Source: Podarcis pityusensis (lineage: Eukaryota). Taken from it: a stretch of 64,000 nucleotides of DNA. Positions 1-38,800 of the stretch are shown piece after piece. Each line of letters opens with the position of its first letter. The stretch's first letter is position 1. The stretch lies in NCBI GenBank assembly GCA_964106645.2, contig OZ067038.1, one strand, 5' to 3'. The notes under the pieces were generated by a model that had not been told where the DNA came from, made no database searches, and was given only the letters and a program-made list of their open reading frames with translations. Both the position numbers and the translations under genes were made by a program.

Positions 1-35
1 AACCCTTCGGGTGTTGCTTGGAGAAAATTAAATTG

Positions 36-172
36 CACAACGTGATTGGAAAAGGGCAAATCAATCAAAACAGAGCAGTCACCAGGCCATGTATGTATGT
101 GCCCATCTGAGATAACCTGAGATGTCTGGCTGTTATATTTTGATTGATCTGTCCTTTTTCAATCACATTGTG
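36..172. repeat. Inverted repeat, 35-nt arms (36-70 and 138-172)
   Basis: 31 of 35 positions complementary. Confidence 0.9.
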
Positions 173-3171
173 TTATTGGTGGGCAATTAAATTTCACGAA
201 GGTCTGAAAAGTCACTGGTGGACAGCACTTGTAGATGAGTCTGGAAATGGGTTGCCTTTCTGCACACAACAGGGATCACTTTTTAACACAGCAGATGGGT
301 TGGTCCTCTGCAAAACATGCCCTGGAAGGCCACATTTGGAGCCAAATAAAAGATTGCTCATCTGTAGTCCAATGGAAAAGACTGCCATTTTTTTATTATT
401 AAAATGTTATGACTCTTTTGTAAGGGAAAAAAACCTCTCATGTAAACTGATAATTTACACTGATGTTTTATGAGGGTTTTGTTCACCTTGCAAGTACAGA
501 TTAGCAAATTATGATTTAAAGTATTGATGGCATTCTTGCCAATTCCCAGTTTTCCCAATTCCATTGAAAGAAATAACTCTTTAAGGCAGTTAAACTCCTA
601 AACAACGCTGAAAAGAGAAACTAGCATTTGAGTTGGGTGCAATGCAATGCCACGCTGCTTATATTGTGCAAACCCATTTAAGCAAAGGATCTGAAGAAAA
701 TGCAAAATTTCTGGATGCTTGAAAGTTTGGATTAAGGTTTTATGTGACTTTCTTTTCAGAAGAACATTTTCTTAATCAAAGTCATAATCCATGAGAATTG
801 ACTAATTGACTAATTGACTAATGTATCTTTGTAAGCTGTATTCTTTCATAATTCTGATTTATTTCCATAGCACTTAATCAATGGGGTTACCTGGTACACT
901 TGCCTAGACCACTTTTCTTGGAAAAATGTAAACTATGTGGCCTGTTTCAAGAATGTTTTTTAATATTTTCAGTGCCATCAGCTCTGAACTCCTTCACAGA
1001 AAATGTTTCCAGTAATAATCCTTTTTAAAATCATGAAAAATAAGTTTTGGAAACAGGTCAATTGATTCCACCATTCCTACTATTTTAACAGAATTACATT
1101 GACATGGTGGTGGGTATGAATTTGGCTACTCAAAACTTAAACAGGAGGAATTCTGCTGTGAGCCTGTGAATATTATTGGCATCAAAGCTATAAATACATA
1201 AGCCAATTGTTTTCTTCTCCCTTGCAGAATATTGCCTAGAACAGAACATTTGAAATAAAAGCTACAGCATGAGTGAACGAAAGCTTACACATTGTTTCTC
1301 ATCTGTGTGCCTAGAATGTACTATGCCTCAAGGCTCTGTAGGATAACAGCAGATATAAAATGGAAAACACACAACAGGAGATGCACATTGCTGCATCCAA
1401 TATATATATATATATATAATGGCATTTCCCAAGAAAATCAATGGCAAAAATCCCCCAAAATTAAATGGAAATGGGTTCAGTGTCACAAACAGATGCAAGA
1501 AACACTTAATGATGGTTGATAAATGTCAGTCTGTAAACATTTCTATAAATCAAGCCTGCGTGATCAGGAGCTGCCGTTTAGAACACACGCTCAAAGCTTT
1601 CCGTTTACGAACCGCTTGCCAAAATGTAAAAGTAGTACCAATGCACAGACTTTCTCTCATCATGCTTTAAATCCTGGAAATTGTGCTGTGTCCAGTTAGA
1701 TGTTTGGGTTGCTGCAGAATCTCGCATGCCCCTGAGCCAGGAGCCAGGAACTGGCATGTGAGCTCAGGCATGTTGAGATGTTGCAGCCTCTCTCCCTGCC
1801 ATCCCACTCCAGGCGATAGACCCCTGTCAGGATTCTAGACAAGAGTCCTCCAGCACAACGCTGCGTTCAGCTAGTGTTCTCTAACCCAAGATGCCCTGTG
1901 GCTGAGAGAACCGCAGCTTTTCCAGGCAGGCAGCGCTCAGGGGCTCAAGTGGCCTCTCTTCTGCCTAATGAGCAGTGAGCCAAGGACTCTTCCCAGCCTC
2001 TCTCCCTTTGACAAGGAAAAGGATCACCAGCCAGTGAGCCATAAAGGCCTCCCTTGCTCTGAATAAACTCAGAGAATGTACTGCCACTCTGGTACATGAT
2101 GGTCGTAGATTGTCCCTTGTCCAGGGGTATACTTTGAAGAACAAAGTATCAATAAAATAAAAAATTAAGCAATGCAGATAAGCCTTGTTACTGTACAGAT
2201 CCAACCTGTAGGAGAAAACTGAATGCCTGCCTAGAGTAGAAAGAAGCAAAATTATTGGGGGACAACGGAAAGAAGAAGAAGAAAGCCTTTGTCTTTGGCT
2301 CTTTTCACCAGCTCCTTTGGATGAAAGCACCAGGAAGGAGTTTCTTTGTAACTACAGTATAGGCAAGGATGCTGTCCCGCTCAAGTCTTCTCTAACTTGA
2401 GCCCTGAAGTTATCTACTAAACATTTCTGATGACACGTTCTTAAGATAATTTAACATATGCTACCCTTAACACATTGTAATAACCTGTAATCAAGACAGT
2501 TTAAAACTTAGGATAGGTTTCCCCCCCCCACACACACACTCTTTCACTTTCTATTCAGATCTTCTATGCTGATGACTATAATCTGTTTTAGTGATGCTCT
2601 GAGTACAGAACCAGGAGGTGGTAGTTAGATTAATTAACCTGGAATAAAGAGTGTGATCTTGTGATGTGCAGTAGGACACAATTTGGCTCTCATGTTGCTG
2701 CAAATGAGGGGGAGTAAAAAAGTATTTTAAAAATTGATCAAAATATTACTTAGGTTGAAAAGGGTATAGCTGTCTGATTTGGATAAGTGTGCGAGGGGTC
2801 AAATTCATGCCTATCTGATACAGATATTCATGTTAAGATTCGCACACTCAGTCATGTACAAGGAAGGGAATTCCTTGGAAGATGGATGATCCTCAGGAGA
2901 GATTATATTGTGTTATGAAGAATTATGCAGTTAACTGAGCTGTTTGTATAGGACTGATTTTCCTGATGCCTGCAATTACATGCATGTCATATTATTTTAT
3001 GCATAAAACGCGTACTCTCTCTCTGAAAAAACATTTAAAATGATCAGCAGAAATAAATAGCTGACTTTTATGCAAAACATCTCTATTAGTTGTGATTCCT
3101 AGGTTGGGTTTTCCACATTATTATAGATATTTCTATTTCAGAAAAGCCACCATGCTCATTTTAAACTCATG

Positions 3172-3173
<2 letters not shown>

Positions 3174-3209
<36 letters not shown>
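3174..3209. repeat. (GT)n microsatellite
   Basis: Seen directly. Confidence 0.95.
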
Positions 3210-3211
<2 letters not shown>

Positions 3212-4249
3212 ATTAAAGCCATATTATTATAGGTTATGCTTTTCTGCATTTGTCACAAAAGAAAATTATGCATCTGGATGCTTTTATGGCATCAGCAAAT
3301 TGTCTCAAAGCAGCCACAGTGTCTCCAACTTATAGAAAAGTAGTATTTGATTATGTTATGGCACACTGAACAGAAGAGAAATGTTATTCTCTGTCTTTTG
3401 TGAGTACAGCTTGTGGTGCTTTCTCTTTGATTCCAAATTCCCTGTGCTTTCATACATCATCAGATCTGTTTTTCCTTGCAACATTGCAAGTAACAGCTGG
3501 ACCACAATGAACCTCCTCCATAGATGTGGGAATGTTTATATTTAGCTGCCAATGACTAAAGTCCTTCGGCTTTCACTAGCCAGTCACAGTTTGCATTGTT
3601 GTTGCCTGTTTATTTTCCTTCTCTCTTTATTTCTTGACATGCACCTCTCCACCCTCGCCCACACTCATGCAAAGTGCATTGAAATATTAGCCAGGTTAGA
3701 AGTTCATTGGGAAATTACACTAAGAATGTGCTTTGAGAAGGCACATAGAGAGATTGTTTCCTCAGAGAGCTTTGCTTTTGTTATAATGCACCAGTTTAAT
3801 CATTTAAAAGGAAAAGGTCTGAGACTGCAATCTTGCAACCAAATATTCCAGCTTAATCCCATTTGATTTAACCTGGATTTATTTGAAGATAGATTGCTTT
3901 AGGACTGCTGCAGCACTGAAGTAAGTAGAAAATGTTAACCCTTTCTATAAATCCACATTTATGCAGCATAATTCAAAATGCAGACCTTCCTTAAAAGTTA
4001 GCTAGATTTCTCCCTATTAAACAACTCTTTCCTTGCATACACTTCTGTGCAACAGGAAAAAGTTTCCTTTTTATAGCTATTCTAGAGAGACTTCCATATA
4101 TAGCTCTGGTGTTCCAGCAATCTGTTAACTTTTCAGCTAAGATTCCAAACCAAGCAATAGAATATATAAAAGTGATTTCTTGAGGACCTCCAATATTTAA
4201 AAACAGAAAATAATGTCAAAATAAGATTTGTCTGTATAAAAATATATAT

Positions 4250-5299
4250 ATTAAAACCTAACAAGGAAAAAAAATTGGCCACACCACACTATAAGGTTAA
4301 AAANNNNNNNNNNNNNNNNNNNNNNNNNNNNNNNNNNNNNNNNNNNNNNNNNNNNNNNNNNNNNNNNNNNNNNNNNNNNNNNNNNNNNNNNNNNNNNNNN
4401 NNNNNNNNNNNNNNNNNNNNNNNNNNNNNNNNNNNNNNNNNNNNNNNNNNNNNNNNNNCAAAAATGATTGGACTGTGAACAGTAGTACAACTTCAGCTAA
4501 GAACAATTAACTTTTGCTGACCAAAANNNNNNNNNNNNNNNNNNNNNNNNNNNNNNNNNNNNNNNNNNNNNNNNNNNNNNNNNNNNNNNNNNNNNNNNNN
4601 NNNNNNNNNNNNNNNNNNNNNNNNNNNNNNNNNNNNNNNNNNNNNNNNNNNNNNNNNNNNNNNNNNNNNNNNNNNNNNNNNNNNNNNNNNNNNNNNCTTT
4701 TCCTATCAAACTTTTCTTCTTTGAAGTTCTCTCTTGATCCTTCGTTTGCACATAAGCATCATCTGTTAATAACCTTTGGAAATCCCAACAGATATTTTTC
4801 TTACAGAAATCTAATGCCGTATTGTTCCAGGTTGAATTATATGCAATGGAATGATACAAACTTGAAGCATCAGTCTGAAATCTATGAACAGATTGGTAGA
4901 AGTATTCGATATAGCTTGATAAAACTCTTAATTCGTGGCAAAGCTTGTTGATCATGGCTTCCTTTTTTAAAAATAAAATAAAAAACACAACTTCATGACC
5001 AACACAAAAGCAAACATCCATTCAGTCTACATTGTTCTTTTTTCATTATAACATACAAATGCCCATTTACAAATAATACATCAAAATGAATAAAAGTTTG
5101 GATACCAAAATGAAGATTTGTTCCAACTGATATAATGCCTTCATGTATACAAAGGTCCATGTTAAAGTCTTTCTCCATGTGTTATGTCGTAGGGCACAGT
5201 TGCAGTACAGACGTACTCTGAAAGCCGTTCTTCTTTTAGAAAACACAGCGAAACCTCCAACTGTTGTCCATAGAGCCATTTACAAAATCAACACATGGT
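4250..5299 (-). other. PAX6: PAX6 proximal 3'UTR (3' end approximate; poly(A) signals probably inside the two N-runs)
   Basis: Directly follows the stop; blocks such as TATATCAGTTGGAACAAATCTTCATTTTGGTATCCAAAC and CAGCAAAAGTTAATTGTTCTTAG match my recollection of the mammalian PAX6 3'UTR. Confidence 0.85.
5117..5123 (-). promoter_or_regulatory. miR-375 7mer-A1 seed site (GAACAAA) in the 3'UTR
   Basis: GAACAAA about 180 nt after the stop in a conserved block; a miR-375 site is described at a comparable position in mouse Pax6. Confidence 0.6.
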
Positions 5300-31472
<26,173 letters not shown>

Positions 31473-31482
<10 letters not shown>

Positions 31483-31527
31483 GGTGGATTGATGGAGCAA
31501 GATCCCACGTGGCTCGCGGATAAGATT
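31473..31527 (-). CDS. PAX6: PAX6 exon 4 (55 nt; coding part 31473-31482, ATG CAG AAC A)
   Basis: Minus strand CATAG|AATCTT...CCACCATGCAGAACA|GTAAGT; CCACCATG Kozak-like context. Confidence 0.96.
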
Positions 31528-31931
31528 CTATGAGTAATAAAACAGGCTTTAATCAGGGGAGGGAAGCTCGCGGGCAGGTAGTTGCGCTGCACTGAGTGCC
31601 CAGGTCTCCAAGGCCTCGTTGCTTTCTGCTGGCCTCCCAAATGATGTCAAATATTATATATATATATTTTTATATATCATGCGAAAACCCTCCCAGCCCC
31701 AGAGCCTTTGTAACAACAAACCTGGAAACGTTTCAACCTAGCAAGTCTAGTTCTTTAAAAAAATAAACAAATAAACAGAAACCAGCCGTGGCCTTCTCCT
31801 CGGCAAACTGGCTGTGGCAAGTGAGGGCTCGTGATGCACCAAGGAAATTGGGTCGGAGTGCGAGAAGTTTTCTAGTGATGGGGGACGGGGGGGGACGGGG
31901 ACGGGGAAAGTAGAAGGTGCTTCCAACTTGC

Positions 31932-32008
31932 CTGATTTATGAGCGGACTCTCCTCTCTGGCAATTTAACGACTCACACATCTGCGTAGCGCTTGTTAAAG
32001 TCTTCCCG
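31932..32008 (-). other. PAX6: PAX6 non-coding exon 3 (77 nt) with GC donor
   Basis: CCTAG|CGGGAAGACTTTAAC...CAGATGTGTGAG...AAATCAG|GCAAGT; same length and motifs as mammalian exon 3. Confidence 0.9.
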
Positions 32009-32158
32009 CTAGGATGAGGGGGAAAAGTATATTAAAAGTATATTAAGCACTTTTAAATTTGCGTTCCCTAACCTCCTCCCCGCCACCCACCCCAGTCATA
32101 GCCGCCTCGCATTTGGAGGTGGGGGTGGGAAGAGAAAGGCAATTCAAAAGATTCAGCA

Positions 32159-32202
<44 letters not shown>
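32159..32202. repeat. Compound (AC)m(AG)n microsatellite in intron 2
   Basis: Seen directly. Confidence 0.95.
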
Positions 32203-32209
<7 letters not shown>

Positions 32210-34489
32210 AAATATGCCCAAGTTTTTTCCAGCACGCCTTACTGGAGCGCCTCCTGCCCATAGGAAAGAGTTCTGATCTGTGACACCTTTTGTGTCCGTA
32301 TTTACAAACAGGACCTCGACTTTGGTTGGGCTTGGTTTGGCTGAAGGGAGCCGGCGCGACGTCCTCGCGCTGCACTTTGGGGCCAAAGGACCCTTTCTCT
32401 GAAAAGAGGTGGCCAGCAGAGTTTGTTGGCACTTTCTCTCCCTGGGTCCCCCTACCCCCGCTGCAACCTCTCCAGGTTGCTTAGGGGTAAATCCTGCTCT
32501 CTTGCATGGGGCGTGGGTGGATGTGCTGGGGCACTTCTTTCTCTTTTTAAACCACACATGTTTGGGAGCTACTTCACTCTGGTGATTCTTTTCGGGGCAC
32601 TACTAACCATCCTGAAAAAACAAAACCCGAAGAGGGAGAGAGAAGTGGGGAGGTGGTGGTGGGGGAGAGAGAGAAATCCACTTATTGTGATTAACTTCTT
32701 TTTTGGTCTTTAGATCTTCCCCTTTTTCACTGTACTGTGACACACGCTGTCTACCTCGCCTCAGTGCTTTAAAAAGTAAGGCCAGGAGGGGGTGAGGGCT
32801 GGGAATACAAAGCCTCCAGAAGGCGAACAATGGCCTCCATTTTACTCCCCTACCCAAACGCCGAGCGCAAGACCCCAGCCAGGCAGCCTCCTCCGGAACG
32901 GGCCGCGGCGCAGCCTCCCAACTCCGCGTTCCCAACAACCCTCCAACTTACAAAGGAGCGGGTGGGAGGGGGGGCACACAGCGGCCTTCCTCCTCCCTTC
33001 TGTAGGGCCCGCCTTGACCCACGCAGCCTGGCCAGCCCCAAGCCCTGCCTTGGGTTGTTTTTGTTTTTAAACCTGCCTTTTGAGGAATAAGACGAGGAAT
33101 AATGCAACAACAAAAGAAGTTCTGCAGTTCTTGATGCTCTGTGTTGCATGTATTTATTTATTGGGTCCCAGCGCTTTCTTTTTAGGTTCCCAGCCTAGCA
33201 GGGGGAAAATAGAAAAGTAATTTCTCGTTATAAATATCTGGAGGTAATTATGTTACTGGTGTGAGTTGTTAGGGGTTGTAAAAAGATACAACAGCGCAGT
33301 GGGGTGCTCAATTGGGGTGAGACAATTACAATAAAGAACCTATTCAAGAGGTTTTGCTTTAAAAAAAAAAGAGGGGGGAGAAGACAGAGAGAGAGAGAGA
33401 GGAGGTAAAATAATGAAATAGTGGCAGCCTTCATTTTATTCGCCCCCAAAACCTCCCCCCTTTATTTTTATTTTTTTTGGGAAGCTTTAAAAAAATCTCT
33501 TCTCTTTCCAGGCTATAATGAATATTAATTTTATTCTTTCTACATAGAAAAAGAGGCATCTTCTTCCGGGTCCAAAACGACTCCGGTATGATTTTTTAAA
33601 GTGCTTTTTTCCCCAAAGCCATCTACGTCCCATTAAAAGGGGGGAAAGAAAATCAACACGGAACAAGGACTCCTCTCGCAGCGTGAATGAGGCGCGCGGT
33701 GGTAAATATTTACTCCGCTTTGGAGAGGCACCTGATTAGCAGCCGAGCCTAGCGCCCTGGACCCTTCTCCGGAAAAAGCCGGTGCCTCCAGTCGCCCAGA
33801 GTTTCCAGAAGGCGCCCCTTTAACACACCAAACACGTCTGCCGGGACACACGCTTGCACGCAGGACAACCGCTCCAAGACGGAAAGACGCCGAAGCGTGA
33901 GAAGCAACGAGAGAGAGAGCCTTTTTCGCCCAGGCGCGGAGGACTGTTATTGTGAACACTTCCCAGTCTCTGCTATACCAACTGGCGAAATGTATTTTAA
34001 GGAACTCACTTTGGCACTTATTTGGGGTGTTAACAAACAAAGACGGCTAGCTGGTTTCAGGCACCAACAAACAAACCGAGGCGTTATTCTGATGAATCCG
34101 TGACAGCAAAATTGGGGTAGGGGGGAGTGAAGAGATAAAAGAGAGAGAGAGAAAGATTTGGGCTTTTGGGCTATTTTAATTAGAAGGTGGACTGAGCTCT
34201 ACAACCACCAGCAAAACCGACCCTTCTTCCCTTCCCCCACCCGGAAGCGCAATAATGGTGGAGTTTCTCTCTTTGCCAGAAAGTAGCTCCTTTTTACTGA
34301 ATTTTTAAAATGAAATTATTCACAAAGAGATGCAGGTAGGCAGAGAGCAGCCTCGATCAAATATCCCGGTGAGATTACAAACCCTACGCGAAACGCAACG
34401 TCTCCCTGGTCCCGGCTAGGCCTAATCTGCAAATTCCTATTTAAATCTCCAAATCTGGATCTAATCTGATCGTCTTTGAGATTTGATCC

Positions 34490-34700
34490 TCCCCTCCGCT
34501 GCAAACATAATTAGCTATTAAGATGACAAACGTTTACAATCCCGGGCCGTATAAGCAAAAGATAAACGCTAATCCATTGGCGTAGAGACGTTTGCTAAAG
34601 GTCACCGGCTATAAAAATTTATTGCCAAAGACCACAATTATTATTTTAGGCCTATAAAGACGCTCAGTCTCCAGCCATAATGAATGGCTTCACTTTCTGG
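34490..34700. promoter_or_regulatory. Candidate conserved element in intron 2
   Basis: TAATTAG, TGACA, TAATCC, GATAA and AATTATTA cluster. Confidence 0.4.
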
Positions 34701-36346
34701 AAGGAACTGCTCGGTGCTCTCGACTGGGCCTGAAAAGTTTATTTGTAAGCCTGGTCGCATCAGGAGTTTCTCCCCTCGTATTTTAAACCCCTGATTTGAA
34801 GACGCCAGTGGTTTATTATTCCCTCCCCCTAGTTAGATTAGTTTAAATAGAGTTAAAGAAAACAGACAGAAGTTTATTCTTGCACTCCTGAAGCGATCAC
34901 TTGTGCAGCCCTTGCCTATGCAAGTTCACTCAGAAATGCTTTTTGTTTCAGTGACGTTTATTCTCACATTAAAGTGTGCGTAAAATCTCAGCCTCAATGT
35001 ATGGCGGTAGAGGTGGAAACTCTGAAGAAGCGAGGAGGTGGGGAGTGAACTTTTTTTGGGGTTGCCCTGCATTTTACGTGAGTCTGGGCGAAACTTCAAA
35101 ACATCCACCCAACAAGGAAATGAGATTTCGAAAAACCAAAACCAAACCAAAACAACAGCAAGAAAAAACCCATTTGCTACTTGAAAAGGAAGCAGACAAC
35201 ATTCTCTAGCCTAGAAACTTGTGGAGAATGGGGTGGGGGGAGCTATTGATCGCAGATTCTTTGGAGCGCAAAACTCAGGAGACTTAAACGATCTCGGAGA
35301 TTTGAGTGAAGCGCTGGGGGGGGGGGTGGCAAAGAGCGCAGAGAGAGAAATGTTGTTTTTTTGTGGCTGTTTTTGTTTAAACAGTTTGTACTTCGAGCCA
35401 GGTAGTGATCAAGTTAGAAAGTTCTGCTCATTCCCAGTCTCGTCGTGGACAAGTTTGGGGAGATCTCGCGGCTGCTTGATTGAGAGTGACAGTCCTTCAG
35501 CTCCGCTCAGACCTTCCCGGATACAACTACTGAGACCTGACTTGGCCTAGAATGTGACTCTGTGTGTCGTCGTGTCCCCCCCTCCCGCCGGCCCGCGTGC
35601 CTCTCTCTTCCCCATTTCCTTAAGGCCGGTTAGATTGAGGGGGGAAAGAGATATATAGACATAAATAAAGGGAGAAGCGAGAGTTGCCTAAACGAAAGTC
35701 CCTCATCAACACACCCGCATACGCACACACAGCTTCAGCTTGACGGAGATACAAAGCAACCAAGGAAAAGAAGCGGGGAATAAAGACACTGAGCTTGGAT
35801 GGACCCAGCTTCCCAAGAAAGCAAGGGGCCAAGCAACGCCGTGTGGTCCATAACGCCTCCTTCACAACAACCGCAACAACAAATGCCCCTCATAGGAACC
35901 AGGTGTGATGCATTCTCGTGTGTGCGCGAGCGCTCAGATGATCCCTACAGCTTTGGCCGTCCCTATCGCACTGTGCCAAACGGAGCAAGCCTTTCGTGGG
36001 GCTCTGTCTAGCAGAAAGGCCGGGCGAGTCTGCTGCTGTTGCTATCCAGAGAGAGAAAGAGAGAGATAGATGCTTTCTCAGGAAACAGGGGCGGGGGTCG
36101 GTCCGTGAAGGAGGAAGAGGAGGAAAAAGAAGAGGAGGAGAAAGAAGGCTGGAGCGAAAAGGACAAAGTTTGGAAGCCTTTGAGACTGGCATCTCGCCTA
36201 AGATCCTTTCCCGGAATGTAAGAAATGGTGTGTATGTGAGCGAAACGGGGGGGGGGGGGGGAGAGAGAGAGAAGGGGGGGGAGAGGGAGAGACCTGTCTA
36301 AATATTAAAATGAACTGAAGCGAGGAGAAGAAACGAGCAGACTCAC

Positions 36347-36492
36347 CTTTCTGAGGCATCCTGTCTTGTTGTCAAAGCTCCTGTCAATAGTTTTAAAAAG
36401 CGCCCCTGATTTGAAATGATGGTGCCTTAAAAAGGGTTGCCAGTAAAAGAGTTTTTCTCCACTGAAGCTGCTGGTTGTGTGATCTTGAGTTC
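36347..36492 (-). other. PAX6: PAX6 non-coding exon 2 (146 nt)
   Basis: TCTCCTTCCCAG|GAACTC...GTGGAGAAAAACTC...GGATGCCTCAGAAAG|GTGAGT. Confidence 0.92.
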
Positions 36493-36614
36493 CTGGGAAG
36501 GAGACAGAGATTGACAATAAAATGGGCTGTCACTGACTGGAGAGGGAGAAAGAAAGAGGATGTGAGCGAAGTAGGGGGGAGAGAGGGAGGGAAAGAGGGA
36601 GAGACAGAGCACAC

Positions 36615-36855
36615 CTATGCTGATTGGTGATGGTTCAAGTGTATTAATGTATGTGTGCGCCTGGTCTCTGCCTCGCCTCCCCTGCTCCCCACTGGCCCAT
36701 TAGCAAAGCCTGACCTCTGTCATCATCTTCCAGCAAAACACTTCCTCCCTGCGCCTGAACCAGAGCGGGAAATGAGGCTGAGCCAGGGCTCGCTTTTCAA
36801 ACCCACTAATCACTCCACGCATGCAAATGCTCCGCTCGCTCCCACACAAAATATT
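36615..36855 (-). other. PAX6: PAX6 non-coding exon 1 (P1 transcript; start approximate; possible internal donor AGAG|GTCAGG at 36715)
   Basis: AATATTTTGTGTGGG...GGAGTGATTAGTGGGTTTGAAAAG...CATCACCAATCAGCATAG|GTGTGC closely resembles mammalian exon 1. Confidence 0.9.
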
Positions 36856-36956
36856 GCTTTATGCAAAGCAACGCCATTGCCTCCTAGCTGCCGATTGGAC
36901 GCTCACTCGCACTGCCTGGTTCAATTGGCCCATTTGTTTGAATATGAATGCACTGG

Positions 36957-36960
<4 letters not shown>
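36856..36960 (-). promoter_or_regulatory. PAX6 P1 promoter
   Basis: TATA-like GCATAAAGCAATAT plus two CCAAT boxes (near 36895 and 36925) immediately upstream of exon 1. Confidence 0.85.

Positions 36961-36998
<38 letters not shown>
36959..36998. repeat. (TC)n microsatellite abutting the P1 promoter
   Basis: Seen directly. Confidence 0.95.
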
Positions 36999-37000
<2 letters not shown>

Positions 37001-37949
37001 GCTCCCCCCCCCCAGCTCCCCGCTCCTCCTCGCTTAGATTCCACCGACCTCTCTCTCCCCCTACACCCCCCCCCATCTCCAGCCCTCTTTGCCCTGAGTT
37101 CCTCTTCCACCATCCCTGGGCTCAAATGCGAGGCTCTGGGACGCGCGGTGAGCGGACAGGCACCCTCCGCTAAGGTTTCGTGTTTTTTGGGGGGGTGGGG
37201 TGGGACAATGTTTTCCTGGTTAGGGTTCAGTCATGTCTCCCGGCGGAACTTTTTAATTTTTTGCCTCTTTGCCTCCTTCCCCACCTCAGAGATCCCCTCT
37301 GTTCGCCCCATTTCCTCCGAGATAGGGCCTGGAGTAAATAAATAACGTCGCTCGGAAAAATAAAAACGAGGACTGCCCTTTTCTTTCCAAGGCGATCTAG
37401 GTTTGTGCGGGCGGGCGTGTGTGTGTGTGTTTGAGGGGTGGGATGGGAGAGACAGAAAGGGAGGGGGCGAACTATTTGCATTTAAACAGTTCGCTCCCAG
37501 CAGACAATGGAGATAAGGAAAAAATAACATTCAAATGGTAACGACATAAATATTTGGGAGACAGGCGCTTTGTCAACTGGGAATCGCCTGGAGGTAGCCA
37601 AGTCCACAGTTGGGTGTGTGGGTATTTTCCCCCTCCCCTCCCCCTTCCTTTCCTCCCCCCCCCCTTTCCTCTCTCTCCTCGAAATGTGATGGAGAAAGGA
37701 AACTCTCTCTCTCTCTCCCCGCTGCCTGGAAAGTGCAGAGCAAATACACACTTTACTTTGTGTATTGAGGACTTTCGTGAAGGGGCCTGAAGAGTCCTTT
37801 CCCAAACACCCAAACTTCTTCCACGTGCCGTTTGTTGACTAAGTGCTGTTGTGTTTCTCCCCCCCCCCCACCTCTCTCTAGCAGACACTCCAAGGAGGGG
37901 GAGAAAGAGAGGAGGGAGGAGTGCTAAAATATCTCCACCGCAAGGGTCG

Positions 37950-37951
<2 letters not shown>

Positions 37952-37993
<42 letters not shown>
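37952..37993. repeat. (GT)n microsatellite
   Basis: Seen directly. Confidence 0.95.
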
Positions 37994-37994
<1 letters not shown>

Positions 37995-38504
37995 GGAAAG
38001 GGGGTTTTGCTTGTTGCTCTCACCAGATTTAGCTCACTCATGTGCGCAGGACGATTCTCTCTCTTTCCCTCCCTCCCTCCTTCCCTCTCTTTCTCTTCTG
38101 CCAGGGAAATCAGGGGCCGAAGGAAAGCAAATGACTTTGCTTCTCTGACCACACACCACCACAAGTTCATTTGTTGAATGGCGGAGTATTAAGACACACC
38201 TCAGTACACTCCAAAGCAACCCCTCCGCGCCTGCATTTAAGGTGACACTGGCAGCACCAGTTTGAGCTCAGGGTGTTCCGATCGTTTATGGCGAGTGGTC
38301 TGGGAGGCGGGGAGTGGGGAGGGGTGGGGGAGATGAACTTCTGCACAAAGAGGGAAGGGGAAAGGAGGAGAGAGGGAGGGAGGGGCAGGGAGGCGACCGG
38401 AGGGGGGGGAAGGAGGAGGAAAGAAGGCAAAAAGCCCCAGAAATTCCAAGAGGCAAAAAAAGTGGGGAAGGGTTTCGGGTGGGGGTGGGTGGTACACGAA
38501 CGCG

Positions 38505-38800
38505 CCAAGCATAAAATGAAGTCGTAGCCCCGCATACACTTGACTTCTCTTGACATGTGAAAAGTGCTAAAAGTCAGAGCTCATCAATAAAGTGGCTGGC
38601 GATTGAATGAGGGCCCTGACAACCATTGCATTCTTCAATAAAGTACAATGAGGAGACAAACGACTCTGCCAAGGAGTTTGCATGGGAGTGAAAGGACGCC
38701 TCAATAGGAGCTGGATAATGGGCTGCCAGGCCGTCATGCACTGTCATCTCCAGCCCTGCAGAGAAGCTACCGCGGCCCCTAATAGCACAAAATGGGCTCT
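38505..38800. promoter_or_regulatory. Candidate conserved enhancer about 1.7 kb upstream of P1
   Basis: High-complexity island with TGACA x2, CAATAAA x2, CATTG/ACAATG and Nkx-like CACTTGA between purine or pyrimidine runs. Confidence 0.5.

Noticed and set aside
796-822. AATTGACT x3 as a CRISPR-like or regulatory array
   Set aside because: Simple 8-nt tandem duplication without spacers.
1-4250. ELP4 last exon expected downstream of PAX6
   Set aside because: No ELP4 C-terminal coding sequence recognised; probably outside the window.
32159-32202. (AC)m(AG)n as orthologue of the human P1 promoter repeat
   Set aside because: It lies in intron 2, downstream of P1.
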